Assembly (NCBI GenBank): GCA_036507075.1
Contig: DASXQR010000083.1
Span: 128,001-192,000 of the forward strand
Length of the DNA: 64,000 nt
Direction of reading: 5' to 3'
Source of the DNA: Acidobacteriota bacterium
GTDB lineage: Bacteria; Acidobacteriota; UBA6911; JACQSX01
Part shown: positions 42,707-53,824 of the stretch, in pieces
How the letters are laid out: the number at the start of each line of letters is the position of its first letter
Position numbering within the stretch: the first letter of the stretch is position 1
The notes under the pieces: model-generated
The model's input: only the letters and a program-made list of their open reading frames with translations
Told to the model about the DNA's origin: nothing
Databases searched by the model: none
Translations under genes and position numbers: made by a program

Positions 42707-43552
42707 ATGCTGAAAAGCGGAGAACAATATTTGAAACACCTGTCAGAAACGGCCGAGTGGCTCAAGCCGCAACTGAGAATCAAACCATCGGTGGGTTTGA
42801 TTTTAGGATCCGGGTTGGGCCACTTCCTGAACCACATGAAGGGAAGCGTGTCGATCCCTTATTCGAAGATCCCGCACTTCCCCCGCTCCACCGTCGTCGG
42901 TCACTCGGGGAATCTGGTCTTCAACCGTATCGGGAAGATGGGATTTATTGCCATGCAGGGCAGGGTTCACTTCTACGAAGGCTATTCCATTTCCGAAGTC
43001 GTGTTTCCCCTGAGGGTGCTTGTCCGGCTTGGGATTACCAGCCTGATTGTCACCAATGCCGCAGGAGGCATAAACCGGCGCTTCAAACCCGGAGACCTGA
43101 TGTTGATTAACGATCACATCAATCTGATGGGAGTGAACCCGTTGATGGGGCCGAATCTCGACGAGCTTGGTCCCCGCTTTCCGGATATGTCGGATGCATA
43201 TTCACTGGAGTTTCGCGCCTTGGTGCGTTCGGTGGCCAAAGAGCAGAAGATCAAATTGCAGGAAGGAGTTTACGTCGGCCTGGCGGGGCCCAGTTACGAA
43301 ACTCCGGCTGAAATCAGGATGCTCGGATTGCTGGGCGCCGACGCAGTTGGAATGTCCACGGTTCCCGAAGTGATCGCCGCCAATCACTCCGGCGTGAAGG
43401 TAATGGGAATCTCCTGCATCACAAACATGGCCGCCGGTATTCTTCCCCGCAAGCTCGATCATGCCGAAGTCATGGAGACCACCGCGCGCGTACGCAAGAC
43501 TTTCGGCAATCTGCTGAACGGGATACTGAAAAAATTGGCGAATTCCGAGTAA
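42707..43552 (+). CDS. punA: Purine nucleoside phosphorylase (trimeric type)
   Basis: 'ILGSGLG', 'GRVHFYEG', 'TNAAGG', 'GPSYETPAE', 'GMSTVPE'. Confidence 0.95.
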   Translation: MLKSGEQYLKHLSETAEWLKPQLRIKPSVGLILGSGLGHFLNHMKGSVSIPYSKIPHFPRSTVVGHSGNLVFNRIGKMGFIAMQGRVHFYEGYSISEVVFPLRVLVRLGITSLIVTNAAGGINRRFKPGDLMLINDHINLMGVNPLMGPNLDELGPRFPDMSDAYSLEFRALVRSVAKEQKIKLQEGVYVGLAGPSYETPAEIRMLGLLGADAVGMSTVPEVIAANHSGVKVMGISCITNMAAGILPRKLDHAEVMETTARVRKTFGNLLNGILKKLANSE

Positions 43553-43603
43553 TAAATTTTTGTGTCCTTTGTGTCTTTGTGGTGAAAAAGTCATAGATGA
43601 CAG

Positions 43604-44005
43604 TCACCCCAACTGCTTTTCGTCAAACGGGGCCGGGAAAAGGTCCTTCATCTGGTATTCCTTTTCCTCTCCCTGCACATTGACCAGGTGGACAGGAATG
43701 TCGCCGCAGAATTCCCAGATGATCTGGCGGCAGGCGCCGCACGGGGGCGTGAGAATCCTGGAATCAGCCGCGACTGCGATGGCTTTAAAGTTCCTTCGCC
43801 CTTCGGAGATGGCCTTGAAGATTGCCACACGCTCGGCGCACACGGTCAGACCATAAGTGGCGTTCTCCACATTACAGCCGGTGATGATCTCTCCCGATTC
43901 GTCAAGCAGGGCCGCCCCCACCCGAAAATTTGAGTATGGCGCATGCGCGTTATCTCGCGCCTTCAAGGCGGCATCTTTCAAATTCCGCGCATCAATTGTG
44001 GCCAC
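43604..44005 (-). CDS. cdd: Cytidine deaminase (homotetrameric type)
   Basis: 'APYSNFRVGAA', 'CAER', 'PCGACRQ'. Confidence 0.95.
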   Translation of the reverse strand: MATIDARNLKDAALKARDNAHAPYSNFRVGAALLDESGEIITGCNVENATYGLTVCAERVAIFKAISEGRRNFKAIAVAADSRILTPPCGACRQIIWEFCGDIPVHLVNVQGEEKEYQMKDLFPAPFDEKQLG

Positions 44006-44019
44006 GCTTCTCCCTTCCG

Positions 44020-46650
44020 CTATTTTTTCAATTCAGCAGTCCAATTCACCACCACGGCGACGGGTAAAGGCCTGGTCTCTTCAACCGGTGTATTGATTAC
44101 AAAACGGCTGCCATCGCTGGCGACCGCGTAATCCAGACCTCGGATGCGCGGCTCGAACAGGACCTGCGGTATTCCGGCTTCAACTGTGGCGCCGCAATGG
44201 ACCGCCACCGATATCAGCTTTTTCTCGGGGCTCAAGTAATAAATCTCCTCAGCGTTGCCGCCCCAGCGAGGCTGCAGACCGCCGTTGGTTGAGACGCGCA
44301 ACTTGGCGCCCGGCCTCAGGAAAGGCCGCACGTAGATCTCGTATCTTCCCGATTCGTCGGACGCATAAGCCACCCATTGTCCATCGGGAGAGAAGCGGCC
44401 CTGTATCTCGTCAAATTCGCTCTGAAGAAAGCGCTTCGGAGTGCGGTCTCCGAAGAGAGGAAGCACCCACAAGTCTGATCGGGATTTTTCCGGGTTGATG
44501 TTCTGGTAAATAAGGTAACGGCCGTCCCTGGAAAGATCGGTCGGATGCTTGTCCACGGTGGATTCAAGCAGAGCTTCCTCCTCTCCTCCGGCAGCGGCCG
44601 ATTTTTGATGCAGATTGCCCGGGCCGCGCTCGTGAGAGCTGAATACCAACCCTCCATCCGGCGTCCATACGGGATTAAGATTGTCCCAGGTGTTGACGGT
44701 GAAGCGGGTAAGAATGTTGCGCGTTATCTCCAGCAGCCAAACGTCCCGGTTGCCGGCGGGAGGGCTCACCATGTTCACCGCAAGGACTTTTCCGTCCGGT
44801 GACAGCTCCGGATTGGAATACTGTCCGGGAACGCCGACCGTTTCCAGTTTCTGGCCCTTGCGATCCACCCAGACAAGCTGAGCGTCCGGATTGCCACCTT
44901 CTCCAAAGACCAGCACTCCGTTGTCGGAAGCCGAAACGGCGGCGCGGTTCGTGTCCAGGTCGACCGCCGGTTCCCTGGCCAGCGTCACCGGATCTCCGGT
45001 GATCTGCAACCGTCCTGCATTAAACGGCACTGCCATCAAAGTCCTCTCGCGAACAAACACCAGATACCCGGGCGGAGCATAAATTGCGTTGCTGGCGAGG
45101 TTCAGCAACTGTTTCCTCTCTTTCAGATCGAGCGATTCGACGTAGACTGCGCGATTGTCTCTCTTGGGACTGCCCGCGAAATAAATGAAGTGTCGGCCGT
45201 CGGGGAGAAACTGGGGCCATCGATGTGTGTTCTGGGGAATGGATTTGTCCAGATCCGTCACGCTGTCGACCGGTCCTCCGTCCTGGGAGATCCGATGGAT
45301 CGGCCCGCGCGTGCTGGGCGAGAACAGGATCACGCCCTCCCGGCTCCAGGTGCCCCCGCGGCCGTCGGACGCGTCGCACAGCGTCTGAGGAGGGCCGCCG
45401 ACGGCAGAAATCTTCTTTAACTTGCCTTGCGCGAAAAAACCGATAAACCGGCTGTCAGCCGACCAGAATGGATAGCGCGCTCCTTCAGTCCCCGGAAGCG
45501 GTAGGGCGTCGAGGGCGTCCAGGCGCCGTACCCACAGTTGATCCTTCCCCGTTCGATCCGCGGCAACAAACGCCAGAGAACGGCCGTCGGGTGAAAGACT
45601 TAACAGATCCACGTTGGTGAAGGCCGATTTCTGGATGGGATAAATGGAGTATTTGAAAACGCGGGGCTCATTCTGTCGCCGCCGTAGAACCGAGATACTA
45701 AGAAGCATGAGTAGCATCAGCACCGCAAACAGCCAACCCCACCTCTCACGCCTCACCTGCGCCGCCGCAAAGGAAGGGGCGGAAAGGCGCTTGTCTGCTT
45801 GAATCATTTCCAGTTGAAGCTTCAGATCGTGGGCCGATTGCCAGCGGTCATCGGGATCTTTTGACAGGCACAGTTCAATGCTGCGTGCCAGAGCCGGAGG
45901 CGAATAAGGCGCGACCGTGGAGATGGCAGATGGTTCCGAATTAAGAATCGATTCGGCGATGCTGGCACGGTCGGCTCCCTGGATTGCCTTTCTGCCGGTA
46001 ATCATTTCGTAAAGTATCAATCCAAACGCGAAAACATCGCTGCGTTCGTCCGCCTCCTTTCCATTGAGTTGTTCGGGAGACATGTAACGGTATGTCCCAA
46101 AGACGACTCCGCCTGCAGTGAGATCGGGAGGCTGCGTCGGCGGAGTCGAGTCCATCGCCGGCTCGGGTATCAACGGGTCGAGTTTGGCCAGGCCGAAATC
46201 AAGCAGTTTTGCCCCTTCCCGCGTCAGCATGATGTTGCTTGGCTTCAGATCCCGGTGGACAATTCCCTTGCGGTGCGCATTATCCAAGGCATCCGCGACC
46301 TCAATACCGCAGCGCAGCGTCTGCTCGAGCGGAAGCGGGCCTCGCGCCAGGCGGTCGGCCAGCGTCTGGCCCTCCAGGTACTCCATCACCAGATAATCAA
46401 CGCCGTCCTGGTTGCCTATATCGAACAGAGCGCAGATGTGCGGATGGGACAGGCCTGAAATGACGCGCGCCTCCCGATCAAATCTCTGCTTCAATTGTGG
46501 ATTGCCCGACAGGTGTGGAGTCAACACCTTGACGGCGACAAGCCGGTCCAGGCGCAGGTCTTTTGCCCGATATACCTCTCCCATGCCTCCTGAACCGAGA
46601 GGCGAGAGAACTTCATAGGGACCGAGGCGACTTCCGGGAGAGAGCGGCAT
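44020..46650 (-). CDS. Hanks-type Ser/Thr kinase with TM and TolB/PD40 beta-propeller ectodomain
   Basis: 'GSGGMGEVY', 'HRDLKPSN', 'DFGLA', 'YMSPEQ'; TM segment; repeated 'SPDG' motifs. Confidence 0.95.
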   Translation of the reverse strand: MPLSPGSRLGPYEVLSPLGSGGMGEVYRAKDLRLDRLVAVKVLTPHLSGNPQLKQRFDREARVISGLSHPHICALFDIGNQDGVDYLVMEYLEGQTLADRLARGPLPLEQTLRCGIEVADALDNAHRKGIVHRDLKPSNIMLTREGAKLLDFGLAKLDPLIPEPAMDSTPPTQPPDLTAGGVVFGTYRYMSPEQLNGKEADERSDVFAFGLILYEMITGRKAIQGADRASIAESILNSEPSAISTVAPYSPPALARSIELCLSKDPDDRWQSAHDLKLQLEMIQADKRLSAPSFAAAQVRRERWGWLFAVLMLLMLLSISVLRRRQNEPRVFKYSIYPIQKSAFTNVDLLSLSPDGRSLAFVAADRTGKDQLWVRRLDALDALPLPGTEGARYPFWSADSRFIGFFAQGKLKKISAVGGPPQTLCDASDGRGGTWSREGVILFSPSTRGPIHRISQDGGPVDSVTDLDKSIPQNTHRWPQFLPDGRHFIYFAGSPKRDNRAVYVESLDLKERKQLLNLASNAIYAPPGYLVFVRERTLMAVPFNAGRLQITGDPVTLAREPAVDLDTNRAAVSASDNGVLVFGEGGNPDAQLVWVDRKGQKLETVGVPGQYSNPELSPDGKVLAVNMVSPPAGNRDVWLLEITRNILTRFTVNTWDNLNPVWTPDGGLVFSSHERGPGNLHQKSAAAGGEEEALLESTVDKHPTDLSRDGRYLIYQNINPEKSRSDLWVLPLFGDRTPKRFLQSEFDEIQGRFSPDGQWVAYASDESGRYEIYVRPFLRPGAKLRVSTNGGLQPRWGGNAEEIYYLSPEKKLISVAVHCGATVEAGIPQVLFEPRIRGLDYAVASDGSRFVINTPVEETRPLPVAVVVNWTAELKK

Positions 46651-46824
46651 GTGGGATAGAATTATATTTGAATGCGTTCCTCCAACAGAAGCAGCTACCG
46701 CGGCCGGGGTCTCTTTTTCACAGTGCCCGTAAGAGACTGTCGCGCCCGGGTGTCGCTGAATTTGAGACCCAACTCATACGGCCGGCTTTTCCGCTGCTGT
46801 GTGACAGCCGGCTTGTTGAGCGGA

Positions 46825-48195
46825 ATGCTGCTTTTACACTTCGCTGCAGCGGGTCCGGCCGCGGTGCCAAAGACCGAAGCCGTTGATTTGTTGATCCGAA
46901 ACGGCCGCATCCTGACGGTGAATTCCTCTCTTGAAGAATTTGACCCCGGATTTGTGGCTGTGCGGGGATCAACCATTGTGGGCCTCGGGCCGCCGGCCGA
47001 GGCCGGTCGATTCCGCGCGCGGCAAACACTGGATGCTTCCGGAATGATCGTGATGCCCGGTTTGATCAACACGCACACGCATTCCCCGATGACTTTGCTG
47101 CGCGGCCTGGGTGGAGACACGAACCTGATGGAGTGGCTGCAGAAGTACATCTTTCCGGCGGAGGCAAAAAATGTCGATCCCGACATGGTCTACTGGGGCG
47201 CGCAGCTGGCCTGCTACGAAATGATCCAGTCGGGAACAACGACCTTTGTCGATATGTATTACTTCGAAGATCGAATTGCCGACGCGGTCAAGGCCGCCGG
47301 CATGCGCGCCATTCTTGGTGAGACGATAATTGATATGCCGGTGCCGGACAACAAGAGCGCCGGAGCAGCGCTGGCCTACACGCGAAGATTCATCGAACGC
47401 TGGCGGCGCGATCCGTTGGTTACGCCGGCGGTCGCCCCACATGCTCCTTACACCTGCTCGTCGAAAACGCTGCAGGATTCGCAGAAGCTCGCCAATGATT
47501 TCGCCGCGCCGTTGATCATCCACCTTTCCGAGACGGAGGCCGAGGTTAAGACGATTCACGAGAAATATGGACGCACTCCGGCGGCATATCTGGAAAGTCT
47601 CGGCTTTCTTCAGGATTCCCTGATTGCAGCTCACTGCGTTTGGATTACTGAAGATGAGATCCCTTTGTTAAAGCGCCGCGGCGTTGGTGTTTCGCACAAC
47701 CCGGAAAGCAACATGAAGCTGGCATCAGGCATCGCTCCTTTGCGCGGTTTCCTGCAAGCTGGTCTGGACGTGGGGCTGGGAACCGATGGGGCTGCCAGCA
47801 ACAACAATCTGGATATGTTCGAGGAGATGGACACGGTCGCCAAGCTGCATAAAGTGTTTCTGAAAGACCCCGCTTTTTTGAACGCGCGCGCCACGCTGCA
47901 GCTTGCCACGTCGGGAGGCGCCCGGGTGATCAACCGTTCGGGGGAGCTGGGAACGCTGGAGGCCGGAAAGCTGGCCGACATCATTCTGGTCCGAACAAAC
48001 GGCGCGTCGGCAATTCCAATGTACGATGTGTATGCGCAACTGGTTTACTCGCTCAAGGGAAGCGCCGTTGATGCCAGCATCATTCACGGGCGGGTCGTGA
48101 TGCAAAACAGAGTTGTCCGGACCATCCCTTACGATGTGCTGTTGAAAAACGTGCGCAGGCTTCAAGCAAAGATCGCCAGGAGTGTGGGACTCTGA
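46825..48195 (+). CDS. MtaD-like amidohydrolase (nucleoside deaminase), possibly exported
   Basis: 'PGLINTHTH', 'HLSET', 'AHCV', 'HNPESNMKLASG', 'GTDG..SNN'; start uncertain (46750-46825). Confidence 0.85.
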   Translation: MLLLHFAAAGPAAVPKTEAVDLLIRNGRILTVNSSLEEFDPGFVAVRGSTIVGLGPPAEAGRFRARQTLDASGMIVMPGLINTHTHSPMTLLRGLGGDTNLMEWLQKYIFPAEAKNVDPDMVYWGAQLACYEMIQSGTTTFVDMYYFEDRIADAVKAAGMRAILGETIIDMPVPDNKSAGAALAYTRRFIERWRRDPLVTPAVAPHAPYTCSSKTLQDSQKLANDFAAPLIIHLSETEAEVKTIHEKYGRTPAAYLESLGFLQDSLIAAHCVWITEDEIPLLKRRGVGVSHNPESNMKLASGIAPLRGFLQAGLDVGLGTDGAASNNNLDMFEEMDTVAKLHKVFLKDPAFLNARATLQLATSGGARVINRSGELGTLEAGKLADIILVRTNGASAIPMYDVYAQLVYSLKGSAVDASIIHGRVVMQNRVVRTIPYDVLLKNVRRLQAKIARSVGL

Positions 48196-48213
48196 GAGTT
48201 TGGACATTCCAGA

Positions 48214-48333
48214 CGTAGAGACGCGGCCTGCCGCGTCTGAGTTGGACGCGGCATGCCGCGTCCAGAGCGCCGCAAAGCGGCGCAGGCGCGATTTATCGCG
48301 CCCGACTCAGACGCGATGTATCGCGTCTCTACG
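48214..48333. repeat. GTAG-type REP cluster (REPIN-like) with four hairpins
   Basis: GTAGagacgcggcctgccgcgtct ... agacgcgatgtatcgcgtctCTAC, with two internal palindromes. Confidence 0.85.
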
Positions 48334-48366
48334 GTGTCAAAATGTGCACTCTGACGGATAACTTTC

Positions 48367-49596
48367 ATGAGATTCAGGCGAATTATTCTGATCGTGCTCG
48401 ACTCGCTTGGCATTGGCGAGATGCCTGACGCGGCCGAGTATGGCGACACGGGGAGCGATACGCTGGGACACATCGCCGAGCAGCGCGCACTGCGGATCCC
48501 GCATCTGCAGCAGCTCGGACTGGCCAATCTGAAGCGGTTGCAAAGCGTGGCGCCCGTTGCCAAACCGCGGGCGCATTTTGGAAGGATCGCGCTGGCTTCT
48601 CCCGGCAAAGACACAACAACCGGACACTGGGAGATGTCGGGGATTCTGTTGAAAAAGCCCTTTCCCCTCTATCCGCGCGGTTTCCCGCCGGAAATCATCG
48701 ATCGATTCTCGCGTGAAACCGGCCGGGGAGTGCTGGCAAATATCCCGGCCTCCGGGACCGAAATCATCGCCCGATTCGGGGAAGAGCATCTCGGCACGGG
48801 CAAGTGGATCGTCTACACCTCGGCCGACAGCGTCTTCCAGGTTGCGGCCCACGAGGAAAAGATTCCTGTAGATGAGCTCTATCAAGCCTGCAAGAGGGCG
48901 CGCCACATCCTGCGCGGCGAACATGAAGTGGGACGCGTGATTGCGCGTCCCTTCAACGGAATCCCTGGAAACTTCAAACGGACCGAGCGCCGCAAGGACT
49001 TCGCCATTGATCCTACCGGTGTAACCATGCTTGATCTTTTGCACGCCCGCGGACTTCCCACCTTAGGGATTGGAAAAATAGCCTCGATATTCTGCTATCG
49101 CGGAATTTCCGAAGAGATCAAAGTGAAGGACAACATGGAGAACTGCGATCGAATCCTTGCCTGCATGGGCCGGCAGGACTCCGGCTTGATCTTCAGCAAC
49201 CTTGTGGATTTCGATATGGTTTACGGCCACCGGAACGACGTGCAGGGTTACGGCAAGGCGCTGGAAGAATTCGATGACCGGCTGGAAGAAATTGAAGCCT
49301 GTCTGAGGCCGGAAGATCTTCTGCTACTGACGGCCGATCATGGCTGCGATCCGGCGACACCCTCTACCGACCACTCGCGCGAATATGTCCCGCTGATCGC
49401 CTTTTCTACCGCCTTTAGAGCAGGCTCGGACCTGGGGACCCGAAAAACGCTCGCCGACATCGGAGCCACCGTCTGCGAAAACTTCGGCTGCCGGCTGCCC
49501 GTGGGCGAGAGTTTTCTGGAAGCTTTATCAGCTCCTGCAGCAAAGTTGCAACCAAAGCCGAACCGCGCGCGGTTCGGCAGCGAATCTCTGCGATAG
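48367..49596 (+). CDS. deoB: Phosphopentomutase
   Basis: 'VLDSLGIG', 'GKDTTTGHWE', 'YTSADSV', 'DFDMVYGHRND', 'TADHG.DP'. Confidence 0.95.
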   Translation: MRFRRIILIVLDSLGIGEMPDAAEYGDTGSDTLGHIAEQRALRIPHLQQLGLANLKRLQSVAPVAKPRAHFGRIALASPGKDTTTGHWEMSGILLKKPFPLYPRGFPPEIIDRFSRETGRGVLANIPASGTEIIARFGEEHLGTGKWIVYTSADSVFQVAAHEEKIPVDELYQACKRARHILRGEHEVGRVIARPFNGIPGNFKRTERRKDFAIDPTGVTMLDLLHARGLPTLGIGKIASIFCYRGISEEIKVKDNMENCDRILACMGRQDSGLIFSNLVDFDMVYGHRNDVQGYGKALEEFDDRLEEIEACLRPEDLLLLTADHGCDPATPSTDHSREYVPLIAFSTAFRAGSDLGTRKTLADIGATVCENFGCRLPVGESFLEALSAPAAKLQPKPNRARFGSESLR

Positions 49597-49674
49597 AACT
49601 TGACTTCACGCCCGGTCGGGTCTACACAGAGAGTTACACGGTACTTCAGCCGCAGACATTCAGGAGGTCTTTTT

Positions 49675-52600
49675 ATGAGACGCTTCTCCGGGATCTATTT
49701 CCTGCCGTTCATCGTTTCGTTGGTGCTGGTTTTGACTTCCCTGGGCCGGCTCTCTGCCCAGGTCCTTTACGGAACCATTGTCGGCAATGTGACGGATGCC
49801 AGCCAGGCGTCCGTTCCGGGCGCAACCGTCACCATCATTAACACGCAAACCAACCAGACGCGCGAGTCGCAGACAGGAGACACGGGAGCCTTCAGTTTCT
49901 CCAATGTTCCGGCCGGAACATACACCGTAAAGGTCGGCCTTCCGGGTTTTAAGGAATTCGTCAAGCCCGACGTGATCGTTACCGTGAACACGATATCGCG
50001 CGTTGACGCCATGCTGCAGGTAGGTGAGGTCTCAGAAACGGTGACGGTCGCGGGCGGCGCAGTGGCGCTCCAGACCGACAAGACCGATGTTCACAAGGAG
50101 CTGACTTCCAAGGAAGTGACCGACCTGCCGGTGAACATCTACCGGAATTATCAAAGCCTCATCGACCTCGTTCCTGGGACAACCCCGGCCCGGTTCCAGA
50201 ATGCCGTCACCGATACGCCCGCCCGGGGGCTGACCACCAACGTGAATGGCACTGCCCGAAACAGCAACAATACGCGGCTGGACGGAGCCACCACTGTATT
50301 GACCTGGTTGCCGCATCACGTTCTCTATGTTGCGCCCCAGGAATCCATCCAGACAGTCAATGTTTCCACTAACAACTTTGACGCGGAGCAGGGACTGGCC
50401 GGTGGGGCAGCCATTACTGTTCAGACCAAGTCGGGAACGAATCAATACCATGGCGTGGCTTTCGGCTACCACAGCAACAGCGCGCTGCGCGCCAAGAATT
50501 TCTTTACACCGCAAAACAGCAATGTACCAAAAAACCTTTTGACCATGTTCGGCGGCACGTTCGGAGGTCCCATCAAAAAAGACAAATTGTTCTTCTTCAC
50601 CAGTTGGGAAGCCATGCGCGAGCGGCAGAACTATTCCCAACTGTACACGGTCCCGACGGCAGCAATGCGGACTGGAGACTTCTCGGGTACGGGCGTCACC
50701 CTTTACGATCCAAACACCGGCAATCCGGATGGTTCAGGACGAACATCTCTAGGCACCACCATACCGTCAGCGCGCATCAACTCGGTGGCAAAAAAAATGC
50801 TGGCGCTGATTCCCCTGCCTAACCAGCCGGGGCTTACTAGCAATTACTACGCGTCGGGGCCGCAGATTTTCGACCGCGATAATTACGATTTCAAAGTGGA
50901 CTGGGTAAGGTCGGCGGCTACTACCGTCTGGGGAAAGTACAGCCTGATGAATGCTCCTGTCCTGTGTCAGTTTTCTCTCAAGGAAGCCGGCGGCGATGCG
51001 TTGTCCATCAGCGGGGGTGCGGGCCTCGGGACCACCAGGGTGCAACTAGCCACTATCGGGGGCACTCATCTGTTTTCTTCACGATTTCTGGTGGATGGGA
51101 CCGTCGGTTTCAGCCGCTACGCGCATTCCACACGCGGGCCGGACTTTGGTACAAACTTCGGGACCGACGTGCTGGGAATTCCTGGGACGAACGGTCCGGA
51201 CATACGGCAAAGCGGTATGCCTTTTTTTCAAATCACGGGTTATGCCAGTCTCGGCAACACGTCCACCTGGAGCCCTGTAGACCGCCGCGACAATAGCTGG
51301 ACCTACACTACAAACGCAAATTTGTCTCGCGGCAAACATGACATTCGCTTTGGAGTTGATATCGCTCGACAGCATATGAACCACTGGCAGCCGGAACTCG
51401 GAGGCAGGAGCCCGCGGGGGAATTTTCGTTTTACCGGCGGAGTGACGGCGCTGAGGGGCGGGACGGCCCCCAACCGCTATAATGCAATGGCCGATTTTCT
51501 CCTGGGCCTTCCGCAGAACCTCGGCAAGGCGTTGCAGTTCTACGACCCCATGAGCACGCGCGAATGGCTTGAGGGTTATTACTTCCGCGATCGATGGCAG
51601 GCCACTCCGAAGCTGACCCTTACCATGGGACTGCGCTGGGAATACTATCCGCTGATAACCCGCACCCAGACCGGAATCGAGCGCTATGACCCGGACGAGA
51701 ACAAGGTGTACATCGGCGGCCAGGGCAGCGTACCCGATAATGCCGGGATCTCGGTCCCTAAGGTCCTGCTGGCACCGCGCTTTGGAATCGCGTACCGGTT
51801 GGGACACAGCGGCGTCCTGCGCACCGGATATGGAATCACGGTCGATCCCTACCCGATGGCCAGACCGATGCGTTCGCCTTATCCGGTAGTGATCTTCTCG
51901 GATCACGAAGGCGCGAATTCCTTCCAGCCGTTCGGCCCGATCCTTAACGGCATCCCCCCGATTACCGGGCCCGACATCAGCAAGGGGATCATTGACATTC
52001 CTCCCACGATCGGAACCCGCACCATGGAAAAGGGACGCTTCAAACGGGGGTACATCCAATCCTGGAATCTGATCTATGAGCGGGAAATGCCGCTCAACCT
52101 TGTCGGATCGGTGGGATACGTTGCCACGCGCAGCATCCGCCAGATCGCCCAGCTTGAGCTGAACGCGGCGCCGCCGGGAACGGGATCAGCCGGCCGGCCG
52201 CTGTTTGTCAAGTTCGGACGCTCGGCCAGCACGCAACTGCATATCCCCTGGCAAACTGCGCTTTACGATTCATTGCAGGCGTCGCTGGATCGCAGGTTTA
52301 GCAATGGTGTGTTCGTAAAGACTGCCTACACCTGGTCAAAAGCGATTGACTTTCAAGACAACAGCGGAGAGGATGCTCCCATTTTCATGCATCCATCGGT
52401 CCGCTATCGGCAGCGCGCGCTGGCCGGCTACGACCGCACGCACAATCTCCGTGTCGCCGCGATTTATGAACTTCCCTTCGGCTCCAAAGGCAGCGGGTTT
52501 GCGCGGGCGGTGCTGGGTGGATGGCAGTTGAACGGGATTTTCAGCGCCTATAGTGGAACCCCGTTTACCGTGGGTTCCAGCGGCGCGTCGCTGAATGCTC

Positions 52601-52965
52601 CCGGAAATGGCCAGGTCGCGGATCAGGTGAAGTCGGAGGTCCAAAAACTGGGCGGCATCGGCCTGGGGAATCCGTTCTTTGACCCCACAGCATTCAAGCC
52701 GGTCACCGAAGCGCGATTCGGAAACAGTGGGCGCAACGCCTTGAGAGGACCGGGTGCGGTCAATCTGGATCTAGGGCTGTTTCGCAAATTCCGGGTGACC
52801 GAGCAGGTCGAGATGCAGTTCCGAGCCGAGGCTTTCAATTTCACAAACACGCCGCATTTCAACAATCCGAGCGCGAGTGCATCTGATGCGAGCACCTTTA
52901 TGATGGTCACCAGCGCCCAGCCCGACGAGCGGCAATTCCGATTTGCGCTTCGGTTGAGCTTCTAA
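49675..52965 (+). CDS. Oar-like TonB-dependent receptor with carboxypeptidase-regulatory N-terminal domain
   Basis: Signal peptide after aggagg SD; 'GTIVGNVTD', 'TKSGTN..HG', C-terminal 'QFRAEAFN..N...F' and terminal Phe. Confidence 0.92.
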   Translation: MRRFSGIYFLPFIVSLVLVLTSLGRLSAQVLYGTIVGNVTDASQASVPGATVTIINTQTNQTRESQTGDTGAFSFSNVPAGTYTVKVGLPGFKEFVKPDVIVTVNTISRVDAMLQVGEVSETVTVAGGAVALQTDKTDVHKELTSKEVTDLPVNIYRNYQSLIDLVPGTTPARFQNAVTDTPARGLTTNVNGTARNSNNTRLDGATTVLTWLPHHVLYVAPQESIQTVNVSTNNFDAEQGLAGGAAITVQTKSGTNQYHGVAFGYHSNSALRAKNFFTPQNSNVPKNLLTMFGGTFGGPIKKDKLFFFTSWEAMRERQNYSQLYTVPTAAMRTGDFSGTGVTLYDPNTGNPDGSGRTSLGTTIPSARINSVAKKMLALIPLPNQPGLTSNYYASGPQIFDRDNYDFKVDWVRSAATTVWGKYSLMNAPVLCQFSLKEAGGDALSISGGAGLGTTRVQLATIGGTHLFSSRFLVDGTVGFSRYAHSTRGPDFGTNFGTDVLGIPGTNGPDIRQSGMPFFQITGYASLGNTSTWSPVDRRDNSWTYTTNANLSRGKHDIRFGVDIARQHMNHWQPELGGRSPRGNFRFTGGVTALRGGTAPNRYNAMADFLLGLPQNLGKALQFYDPMSTREWLEGYYFRDRWQATPKLTLTMGLRWEYYPLITRTQTGIERYDPDENKVYIGGQGSVPDNAGISVPKVLLAPRFGIAYRLGHSGVLRTGYGITVDPYPMARPMRSPYPVVIFSDHEGANSFQPFGPILNGIPPITGPDISKGIIDIPPTIGTRTMEKGRFKRGYIQSWNLIYEREMPLNLVGSVGYVATRSIRQIAQLELNAAPPGTGSAGRPLFVKFGRSASTQLHIPWQTALYDSLQASLDRRFSNGVFVKTAYTWSKAIDFQDNSGEDAPIFMHPSVRYRQRALAGYDRTHNLRVAAIYELPFGSKGSGFARAVLGGWQLNGIFSAYSGTPFTVGSSGASLNAPGNGQVADQVKSEVQKLGGIGLGNPFFDPTAFKPVTEARFGNSGRNALRGPGAVNLDLGLFRKFRVTEQVEMQFRAEAFNFTNTPHFNNPSASASDASTFMMVTSAQPDERQFRFALRLSF

Positions 52966-53125
52966 AATGTTTCGGTGGTGGGACTATTGTTTCACCACCG
53001 AGACACGGACGTCACAGTAGCCCCGCGACTCATTCTCGTAAACGTAAGTCGCAGGCCACCCACAGAGCTGCGGCCGGAAGGGCGTATTGCCCAAATCGGA
53101 ACAGAATGGAGACGGCTACATTATG

Positions 53126-53216
53126 TTCACCGCAGAGCCGCCGAGAACGCCGAGTTTCCGCAGAGTTTCATCACAACCTCAGCGAAACTTGGCGTTCTCG
53201 GTGGCTCTGCGGTGAA
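53126..53216. repeat. Palindromic 9-mer element (CGCCGAG family)
   Basis: ttcaccgcagagccgccgagaacgccgag ... cttggcgttctcggtggctctgcggtgaa. Confidence 0.85.
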
Positions 53217-53347
53217 GGCAACATGCCCGTCTACGGCCGGCTTCGATTCGGTTGCGGCTCTGATGGTAGAGTCGACCCCCCTTGGGAATGAGCGCGAATT
53301 ACAGAATACCGAAGTGGCAATCTGGAGAGTCCCTCTTCGGTTGAGTT

Positions 53348-53815
53348 TTAAAGGTATCCCGGCGGTCGATTTTTGTTCACCACTGCCGGCGCGACTTCGA
53401 TCTTGTCCGCAATGGCTTGCGGGATGGGAATGCCTGTCATTTTGCCGTCGGCTTTGTCGCGCTTCACGCAGGCGACGGCGAGTGTTCCACGCGCGACTTC
53501 TTTCGGCGGATTATCGTTCATCTTTCGAAAGATGAATGTGTAGACAATCCCCCTTTCATTCTTCTCCCGCACCAGAAGAGAGATTTCCACGACATCTTCA
53601 AACCGGAGCGGATGTTTGAAGTCGCACTCCGCATGCACGCGCGGCCAACCGAGTGTCTCGTTGAATCCCGTCGTATGAATCGAAAAGCCCAGGGACCGAA
53701 AAAATGCATGTTCGGCTGCTTCCATAAATCGGAAGAAGTTCGAAAAATGCATGATTCCGGCCATGTCGGTGTCCGAGAATTCCACCTGCCGGGTTAACTT
53801 GAATTCGTAAGCCAT
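53348..53815 (-). CDS. Hotdog-fold acyl-CoA/ACP thioesterase (4HBT/YbgC-like)
   Basis: 'EFSDTDMAGIMHFSNF..FMEAAE'. Confidence 0.88.
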   Translation of the reverse strand: MAYEFKLTRQVEFSDTDMAGIMHFSNFFRFMEAAEHAFFRSLGFSIHTTGFNETLGWPRVHAECDFKHPLRFEDVVEISLLVREKNERGIVYTFIFRKMNDNPPKEVARGTLAVACVKRDKADGKMTGIPIPQAIADKIEVAPAVVNKNRPPGYL

Positions 53816-53824
53816 CGGTTTTGA

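Noticed and set aside
52975..53345. Possible ORF (52975-53535) or tRNA/tmRNA fragment downstream of the TonB receptor
   Set aside because: Region consists of repeat remnants; no cloverleaf or convincing coding signal
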